A stretch of DNA of 64,000 nt. It comes from the human T2T-CHM13v2.0 reference genome, Homo sapiens. Every line of letters begins with the position of its first letter. Positions within the stretch are counted from its first letter, which is position 1. Of the stretch, positions 54,997 through 64,000 are shown one piece after another. Location: the NCBI RefSeq assembly GCF_009914755.1, contig NC_060929.1; one strand, 5' to 3'. Under the pieces are notes generated by a model. That model was not told the origin of the DNA. It saw only the letters and a program-made list of their open reading frames with translations, and made no database searches. Position numbers and translations under genes: made by a program.

Positions 54997-55557
54997 TGTC
55001 AGAGGTGTTTGAACCAAAGCAACTCCATCTTGTATAGAGGCTGGTAAAATAAGGTTGATGCCTACTTGGCTGCATTCCCAGAAGGCTAGGCATTCTATGT
55101 CACAGGATGAAATAGGAGGTCGGCACAAGATACAGGTCACAAAGAACTTGCTGATAAAATAAGTTGCAGGCAAGAAGCCAGCCAAAACCCACCAGAACTG
55201 AGATGAGATTGATTACCTCTATTCATCCTCATTGCTCATTATATGCTAATTATAATGCATTAGCATGCTAAAAAAAAGGTGGTAGGAGCCCTCAGTTCTG
55301 GGAATTGCCCACCTCTTTCCTGGAAAACTCATGAATAATCCGCAGTTTGTTTAGCATATAATCAGGAAATAACTATAAGTATCCTTAGTCCAGCAGCCCA
55401 AGCTGCTGCTGTGTCTCTGGAGTAGCCATTCTTTTATTCCTTTACTTCTTAATAAACCTGCTTTCACTTTATTCTATGGACTCACTCCAAGTTCTTTCTT
55501 GAATGAGTTCCAATAACCTTCTTTTGGGGTCTGGATTGAGACCCCTTTCTGGTAACA
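54997..55557 (+). mobile_element. MER41 (A/B) solo LTR
   Basis: TGTCAGAGGTGTTTGAACCAAAGCAACTCCATCTTG start, GGAGTAGCCATTCTTTTATTCC, ends GGTAACA. Confidence 0.9.
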
Positions 55558-56950
55558 GGGATGCCTAATTTTTCATCCTTTCTATCATAAGTTTTAACTA
55601 ATAAAGGATAAACAAAAGTTCAAATAAGAAATCAAGCTATAATAGCAACTGTGTTTTCTTATAAAACTGGAGTGGAGAAAATGGCAGGAACTCTACCTCC
55701 CACAACAATTAAAAATTTACTCACCAGTGGCCAACATAGAAGACTGAGAGAGCCTTGGACCTTGAGAGAGAAAGAGAAGATGAAGAGTGAGAAGAAGAGA
55801 CAAGAGAAAAAATAAAAAGAAAGCTGGAAAGGCTAAGAAAAGGAGGAAAAATTTTCAAATTCAATGATGAGGATAAAGAGACTAGAATTTCATTCAATAC
55901 AGTTCCTTATGAGATTAGTGACAGTTTCTTCATGAAAATAGAAAATAGGATTTTTCAACATGAAAGTTTCAACATTCAGTCTACTTTATTCTTGAAGAGG
56001 GAAGGGAAGACATTGACCTAGAAAAGTATTCAGTGAGAATTTAGTGATATCACTTGTGGGAGAGAGGCTTATATGGCAATACTACTGTATACATTAATGG
56101 GACCTGATCACATTTTTATTTTTGCATCTAGATCTAAAGAGAGTTGTTTTCACAAAGGCAGAAATTTAGAATTTCAGCAGCCAGCCAGCCCTCCCTTTGA
56201 GACATCAAACAGGGTGTTGAATGCCCTTTGAAAGAGGCAGAGAGTGAAAATCTGAAAACCTAATTTGAAGAAGGGAGTAATAACTGAGTTATTTACTAAT
56301 TCTAATTATAATTAAAATAAACTAAACTATTTAGTGAGGTAAATGTAACCGCCTCTGTTTCCTGATGATTAGCCACATTACATAGCTGTTAGTTCTTTGA
56401 TTTTTAATTAGAAAACTCACAAAATACTGGTACTCTGGATATGACAACTTTGGATAGAATCAGCTGAGAAAACAGAAAGGTACCATGATAGCATCATCCA
56501 ATGGATGCTTCTAATGTGTAAGCTGGCACTAGAGGATAGAATGTGGTAGGGACACTGGAATTCACCACGAAGTGCATCCCTTTTAAAATGCACACTTGGC
56601 CCAGGTTTGAATAAAGCCACCTTGACCAGTAAAAATTATTGCTAACACACAACCAGCTAAGCTACTTTCTTGGTTATAATGACAATTCACCCTTTAGTGA
56701 CATTAGTGAAAGATTTCTTCTTGATATACAACAGTCTATTTAAAAAATATATTCACCAACTCTTTTATATCCAATCCATCATCTTTCTTTTTGCCATTTA
56801 ATACTTGCTAATACTAGTTTTGATACTTGTATTGATACTTGTGTTTGATACTTGTATTTATATTCTTTCCTTTTGCCTTTTGATACTTGCTAATACTAGC
56901 CATGTTATACTTGCTAATTCTAATATTAGATACACAATAAGTACAATTAA

Positions 56951-57266
<316 letters not shown>

Positions 57267-57274
57267 TACATTAA

Positions 57275-57933
57275 CTCTTAGAAAATTCAGAAAAAGAAAT
57301 ATTTCACAACTCATTTTATCAAGCATCACATTTCTAGGAAAGAAAACTCCAGAATAATATCCCTCATAAAGAGATAGTCAAAATTGCTTAAGAAAATTTT
57401 AGCAAATTGAATCCAGTGAATAATAAAAAGTAATGCTTCATTACCAAGTGAGGCTCATGACAATAATACAATGATGGCTTAACATTTGAAAATGAATCAA
57501 TGTAACTCTCTAGATTGACTTACACAAAATACCAAACAATATGATTGATATAGAAAAAGCATTTGGCAAAATTCAACTTACCTTATGATAAAAACTCTCA
57601 ACAAACTAGGAATAAAATGAAAAGTCATCAAATTATTAAAAGACTATATATTAAAATCATATAATATTGAATGATTTAATATTTTCTACCTAATATTGGG
57701 AAAAAGGTAAGAATGGCCTTTTCACTATATCCATTAAATGTCATATTAGGATAGCTAACACTACATAAAGCAAGAAAAAGAAATGAAAGACATAGATATT
57801 GGAAGGAAAGAAAACTGTTTGCAGACAACAAGATCAGGTACATAGAAAACTCTAAGGAATCTACAAAAACTAATATACAACTAATAGGCACATTCAGCAA
57901 TGTTGCAAGTTACAAAGTCAATATATAAAAATT
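57275..57933 (+). mobile_element. Old L1M ORF2 fragment
   Basis: TAGCAAATTGAATCCAG, AGAAAAAGCATTTGGCAAAATTCAAC, TGTTTGCAGACAACAAGATC (RT F-A-D-D region). Confidence 0.8.
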
Positions 57934-58383
57934 AAGTGCTGGGATTACAGGCTTGAGCCACCGTGCCCAGCCCTTTATTAACTGTTAATAAATGTCTATT
58001 ATATGAAGAGTTCTCCAGTGGATAAAAAGAGATACAAGGAATATTCCTGCTCATAATGAGCATTTGTAGAAGAAAAGATTTCTTATGATATCAGTTATTT
58101 AAGGAGAATTTAGCTATTAGTCAAGCAGATGAACTAAGATTATGAAAATGAGAATTGAAGAGTTGGCTCTTCAGATGTTAAAAGAGCACTATCCTGTATT
58201 CCAGAAATACTTGTAAGACAGAAAAAATGGAAATCACTATGCTATTACCAGATATGCAGGCATTTCCCTCCCATTGGTAAATCTGTAGGCTACATTACAA
58301 AAAGACAATTTCTCACCATCTCTATGATCAAGTTTCACAGCTATGCTAAAGGCAGAAGCAGAAAAGAAAGGAGTTTCTTGCAG

Positions 58384-59183
58384 TGATATAAGAGGGGAGC
58401 AGGGAAGTTCTGGGTAGAGAACGGCAGTGTCCCTGGGGAGGGCTCCACCCTTGGGCCTCTGCTCATGGATCTAAGCTAGGACAATCACTCCTGTTTTCAT
58501 GCCCAAATGTTGCACTTTCCAAGACCATTCTGGCCCACTATGCCCCCGTCATGCCTATAAAAACCCCAAGGCTCTGGCGGGCACACACACAAGTGGCTGG
58601 ACATTAAGCAGAACACACCAGCAGAAGAACAAACTGACAGACTTTGGAAGGCCACCGATAGCAGAACGAAGCAGATGACATAGAATTTGGCCAGGGTGGT
58701 CAGAGAAGAGTCCAGTCACTGAGGCGTCCAACTCCAGGGGAAGACCACCTTCCCACTCTATCCCCCTTATGGCTCCCCATCCATCTGCTGAGAGCTACTT
58801 CCAGCACTTAATAAAAAGCCTTGCACCCATCCTCCAACCCCACACATGATCTGATTTTTCTGGTACACTAAGGCAAGAACCGCAGGATACAGAAAGCCCT
58901 CTATCTATGCTATAAGGGAGAGGGTCTAATTGAGCTGATTAACACAAGCTGCCTCCAGATGGCCAAGCTGAAATAGCAAACTGTAACACATGCTCACTGG
59001 GGCTTTGGGAGCTCTAAACACTCAACCGTAGTTACTGCCATGGGGTTGGAGCCCAAAAGTATTCCCCAGGACCTGTTGGTTTGCATGCTCCCACTAGGGG
59101 TTTGAGCTTCAGGGCACTGAAGAAGTGAGCCACATGTTCATCTCATGCCCTGCAAAGGGCATAAGGGAACTTTTCATGTTTCA
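58384..59183 (+). mobile_element. LTR1-family (LTR1B-like) ERV1 solo LTR
   Basis: TGATA...GCAGGGAAGTTCTGGG, CCCAAATGTTGCAC, CCTATAAAAACCCC, CTAATTGAGCTGATTAACAC, ends GTTTCA; TSD GCAG/GTAG. Confidence 0.75.
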
Positions 59184-59260
59184 GTAGGATCCACTACCTG
59201 CAGACTCTTATCTTAGTTCCTGTGTAACAGAGTACCCCATTTTTCTGAGATGGTTTGTTT

Positions 59261-60358
59261 TGTTGTGGGAAGACAGGGACCCTGAATGGAGGGACCGGCT
59301 GAAGCCATGGCAGAAGAATGTGGATTGTGAAGATTTCATGGACATTTATTAGTTCCCCAAATTAATACTTCTTTAATTTCTTATGCCTGTCTTTACTGCA
59401 ATCTCTAAACATAAATTGTGAAGATTTCATGGACACTTATCACTTCCCCAATCAATACCCTTGTGATTTCCTATGCCTGTCTTTACTTTAATCTCTTAAT
59501 CCTGTCATCTTGTGAGCCAAGGAGGATGTATGTCGCCTCAGGACCCTGTGATGATTGCATTAACTGCACAAATTGTAGAGCATGTGTGTTTGAACAATAT
59601 GAAATCTGGGCATCTTGAAAAAAGAACAGGATAACAGCAATGTTCAGAGAATAAGAGAGATAATCTTAAACTCTGACCACCAGTGAGCCAGGTGGAAGAG
59701 AGCCACATTTCTCTTCTTTCAAAAGCAAATGGGAGAAATATCACTGAATTCTTTTTCTCAGCAAGGAACATCCCTAAGAAAGAGAATGCGCCCCTGAGGG
59801 TGGGCCACTAAAATGGCCCCCTTGGGTGTGGCCGTCTTCTATGGTTGAGACTGTAGGGATGAAATAAGCCCCAGTCTCCCATAGTGCTCCCAGGCTTATT
59901 AGGATGAGGAAATTCCCACCTAACAAATTTTGGTCAGACCGGTTGCTCTCAAACTCTGTCTCCTGATAAGATGTTATCAATGACAATTGTGCCTGAAACT
60001 TCATTAGCAATTTTAATTTTGCCTGGGTCCTATGGTCTTGTTATCTCACCCTGCCTCGATTTGCCTTGTGATATTCTATTACCTTGTGAAGCACGTGATC
60101 TCTGTGACCCACACCCTATTCATGCATTCTCTCCCCTTTTAAAATCCCTAATAAAAACTTACTGGTTTTGCAGCTTGTGGGGCATCAAGGAAACTACTGA
60201 CATGTGATGTCTCCCCCGGAATCCCAGTTTTAAAAATTTCTCTCTTTTGTACTCTGTCCCTTTCTCAACCCAGCTGATGCTTAGGGAAAATAGAAAAGAA
60301 CCTATGTGAAATATCAGGGGTGAATTTTGCCTGATATCTGGCTGAATTTCCCCCAATA
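59261..60358 (+). mobile_element. MER11 5' LTR of HERV-K(HML-8)
   Basis: TGTTGTGGGAAGACAGGGACCC...GAAGCCATGGCAGAAG start, internal direct repeat, AATAAA, ends GCTGAATTTCCCCCAATA; PBS-like TGGCACCCA at 60361. Confidence 0.92.
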
Positions 60359-60513
60359 TCTGGCACCCATGTGGTCTTTCTTTTTTCCTAAGTGCATGTG
60401 GGAACCTAATTCCCTTTGGTAGGTGTGGTGAAACATCTTCCGTCTGGTTCACAGAAATGTGTATTCGACTCCCTGGAAACTGGTGAGTGGTCTGTGTATG
60501 GTCCGGGATAACT

Positions 60514-62596
60514 ATGGGTCATGCGGAGTCTAAGCATCATGCTTATCTCTGCTATATTAAACTTCTGTTAAAACAGGGCAGTGTTTGAGTGCCTATGGAA
60601 AATATGGTCACTCTATTCAGGGCAGTAGAGGAATACTGTCCTTGGTTTCCTGAAAAAGGAACCTTAGATGTAGAACTATGGGATTGTGTTGGTTCAGGGA
60701 ACTGGTCTCCACAGGGAATTATGTTCCCATCACTGTTTGGGGTGACTGGGCCTTGGTACGTGATGTCCTGATGACATGCCAATCCCGTGACCCCCTACAG
60801 TTACTACAGTTTTCTGAATCTGATGATCCTCCACCTTTTCCTCAACCTTCCTCTCCTGCACGGCCTTCGTTATCTGATCAGCCTCTCCCTCCAGCTACTC
60901 CTCCCCTACCTGACAGTGTAGAGAATTCAATGTCTAACTCTGGTGACTTTGACTTATGGTCACCCCCTGATGATCTTATTTCTTTTCATGAAGAGCTGGT
61001 ACGTGTAACTCCTGCGGCCCCGACACACAGCCCAGGATCATGTATATGCTAATTGTTCTCTTCTCAAACCTCCGGAATCACCTAGTGGCTCTGGGACCAA
61101 ACTACAATTTACCTATATTTCTGCAGGCCCTCCCCTGTCCACTTCAGCTCCTCACCCTCCTGTCATTTCAATTCCTCAATGGGTCACTTTACCATCCACT
61201 CAGCCTGCTTCTCTGCACCCTTCTTCACATGTGAACACCAGTAATCACCAGTATACTTCTGCTCCTTCTGCTCCCCCAATGCCTCTTTCTCACACCCTCA
61301 TCCTGGTCTGACCCTCTCACCCTCAGTTTTCCTTATCTACACATGATTTTCCTGTCACTTCCATGCCAACTCTGTCTCAGATGCCTACTCTTGAAACTTC
61401 AATGCAACGCTTATTATGCCAAAACAAAGAAACAAGTGGATTAGACGTGTGGACTTACTCGGTCACGCTAGACCCACCTAACTTCCAAGGGTTACAAATG
61501 CATAGTTATGTACCTCTTAATCTTACCTTTTTAAAAGAATTTAAGGATGCTTGTACTCAGTATGGTCCTACTTCTCCTTACGTTAAGATGGTTTTACCAA
61601 CTTTTTGTACGGAGGTCATTTTACTTACTTTAGATTGGGACCTTTTGGCAAAAGCTGTTCTAATCCCATCTCAGCATTTACAGTTTTTTATCTGGTGGTC
61701 AGAGGAGGCCCGTTTGCAGGCTCAGCTATATCGGAGTAATGGCATTCTAGTTACTCAGGCAGCTCACAGGCTCTGATAGTTTCTCTGATACTTCTGCCCA
61801 ATTAAACTTTGATGCCCTTACCACAGAACAAGTAACAAAGTTGTGTATGAGAGCTTGGGATAAATTACGTGCTCCAGGCCAAGCTCCTGTTTCTTTTACC
61901 ATGATTAAACAAGGTCACTCTGAATTATACCCTGATTTTTTAGCTAAATTACAAGATGCTGTTGAAAAATCTGTCTCCGATGAGCATGCTGAAGGCATTC
62001 TCTTTCGTATGTTAGCTTTTGAAAATGCAAACCACGAATGTAAAATGGCCATGCATTCTGTCCAATGACAAAATTTACCTGATCACGAGGTGTTGCCTGC
62101 ATATATTAAAGCTTGTGAAGGCATTGGATCAGACACCCACAAAGCTATTCTGTGGGCACAGGCCTTGAAAGACACCAACCAAACTGGTCCCACTAATTAT
62201 TCTCTTGGAGCCTGCTATAATTGTGGCCAACTTGGTCATACTCGAAAAAATTGCAGTTAAAAACTTACAAGTGGCCAAGCCGGCTCAACACACATGGCCA
62301 AATGCTGCTCCTACTGTTTGCCCATGTTGTTGCAAGGTAAACATTGGGCACATATTTGCTGCTCTAGGTATGATATAGATGGAAACCCCCTGCCACAACA
62401 CCAGGGAAATGGGGAGCGGGGCCTGTCCCAGGCCCCGACATCAAATGGGATGCTTCAAACTCAGACCGATGTTGTGTTTCCACTTCAGGCCATCCCAATG
62501 CAACCCCCAGCACAAACAAATCTACCTACAGCCAAACCAAATGGGTTCCAGCCTCTCCTTCTGTCTCAGTACAATGCTTGTCCACCTCCACAGTAG
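60514..62596 (+). pseudogene. gag: HERV-K(HML-8) gag, disrupted
   Basis: MGHAESKH start, CPWFPEKGTLD matrix, QYGPTSPY and IKQG..E.YPDF..KL capsid motifs, CYNCGQLGH zinc knuckle; multiple stops and frameshifts. Confidence 0.9.
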
Positions 62597-63636
62597 GAGG
62601 CGGGGCAGTTGATCTCTGTAGTACTATTCCTCTGAATTTACTACCTGACTCTTTGCCTTTGATTGTCCCCACTGGCCCTTTACCTCAAGGTTCAGTGGGC
62701 CTGGTGTTAGGTAGGGCATCTAGCTCTGCTAAAGGAATCACCATTCATACTGGTCTCATTAATTCTGATTCCGTTGATGAGATTAAATTAATCACATCTG
62801 CCAAGGTTCCTGTTTCCATTCTGGCTGGTGAGTCAATCGCTCAATTGCTTTTACTACCTAATATCATTTTAAACAAAGGAGATAAGACACGTGGCCCTGG
62901 GATGGGCTCCAGAGGTGAAAAGGCCGCTTATTGGATTAATGTAATTTCTAAACAAAGGCCCACCTGCACCATACACATTCAAGGAAGAAAGTTTGAGGGC
63001 CTAGTAGATACTGGTGCTGATGTTTCTGTTATTTCCTCTAGTTTATGGCCTTCCTCTTGGCTTAAACATCCCACTAACATGGGACTAGTAGGTGTTGGAA
63101 AGGCCGAGGAAGTTTATGGGAGCACATTTATCTTGCCTTGCACTGGCCTTGATGGTCAAAAGGGTACAATTCAGCCCTATATCATGACAATTCCTATTAA
63201 TATTTGGGGTAGAGATTTACTGGCACAATGGGGGGCTGAAATTAATATTCCACATAACTCTTATAGTGCTCCCAGTCAGCACATGATGGAAAATAGGGGG
63301 TTTGTTCCTGGACTCGGTCTTAGTCCAAAGCATGAAGGGATTACTAAACTCCTCCCAGTTACTATAAAAGAAAACAGGTTATCCTTTTTAGTGGTGGCTG
63401 CTGCCACACCTCCTGATCCTATTCCTTTACAGTGTAAATCTGACACACCCGTTTGGATTCAGCAGTGGCCACTTTCTAAAGAAAAACTGGAGGCTTTAAC
63501 TCACTTGGTTTCTGAGCAGTTACTACTTGGAAATGTGGAACCTTCTCTTTCCCCTTGGAATTATCCTGTGTTTCTAGTAAAAAAGAAATCAGGCACATGG
63601 CAGATGGTAACCGATTTAAGGGCATTAACGCTGTAA
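62578..63636 (+). CDS. pro: HERV-K(HML-8) dUTPase-protease ORF fused in frame to RT N-terminus (352 aa open)
   Basis: dUTPase motifs ([15 protein letters not shown]), aspartic protease LVDTGAD and IWGRDLL, G-patch, then PVWIQQWPL and [15 protein letters not shown]. Confidence 0.8.
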
Positions 63637-64000
63637 TTAAACCTATGGGGGCCGTCCAACCTGGCATGCCTGCCCCTGCTTTAATACCTAAAAATTGGCC
63701 TCTCATAGTTATTGATCTTAAAGATTGTTTTTTTCATATTGCTTTACATAAATAGGATTGTGAGAAATTTGCTTTTACTGTACCATCTATCAATAATCAG
63801 GAGCCTGCAGCTCGTTATCAATGGAAAGTACTTCCTCAGGGAATGCTAAATAGCCCTACAATCTGCCAGCTTTATGTTGGACAAGTGCTTTCACCAGTTC
63901 GAGCCCAATTTCCTGAGGCCTATATTCTTCATTATATTGATGATATTTTAATTGCTGCCCCCACAGATAAAGAATTAATTGACTGTTACCAAATTTTGAA
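63390..64000 (+). pseudogene. pol: HERV-K(HML-8) pol (RT), frameshifted, continues past window
   Basis: [29 protein letters not shown] motifs; frameshift near 63620. Confidence 0.9.

Noticed and set aside
56800-56925. Degenerate TTTGATACTTG-type repeats superficially like a spaced array
   Set aside because: Irregular low-complexity tandem repeat in eukaryotic DNA; not CRISPR
59325-59490. ~75-90 bp direct repeat
   Set aside because: Normal internal structure of MER11 LTR U3

Overview
This is primate (catarrhine-type, probably human or ape) nuclear DNA. It is AT-rich, CpG-poor and dominated by interspersed repeats: Alu J/S/Y, L1, L2, MIR, MaLR/ERVL/ERV1 LTRs and MER5/MER2 DNA transposons. I see no intact cellular protein-coding gene. 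Clear elements are a 3'-truncated processed KRT18 pseudogene (22952-23545), a solo LTR12, a complete MST/MLT1A-class MaLR, a MER4-group internal region with its 3' LTR, solo MER41 and LTR1-type LTRs, and a HERV-K(HML-8)/HERVK11 provirus (MER11 LTR, gag, dUTPase-pro, pol) running off the right edge. The most interesting signal is in the non-repetitive DNA between 1 and ~24.6 kb. There a chain of minus-strand segments with splice sites and largely compatible phases translates into a stop-disrupted protein with a signal-peptide-like start, a C-type-lectin-like N-terminus and PKD-repeat-like motifs. This is a candidate unprocessed (unitary) pseudogene of a polycystin-1-like gene, with an LTR12 inserted into one exon. 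Other notable structures are a MaLR element with two different LTR families inside one TSD, a CpG-retaining KRT18 retrocopy and several templated insertions or duplications. Repeat subfamily names come from remembered consensus sequences and need RepeatMasker/Dfam confirmation.
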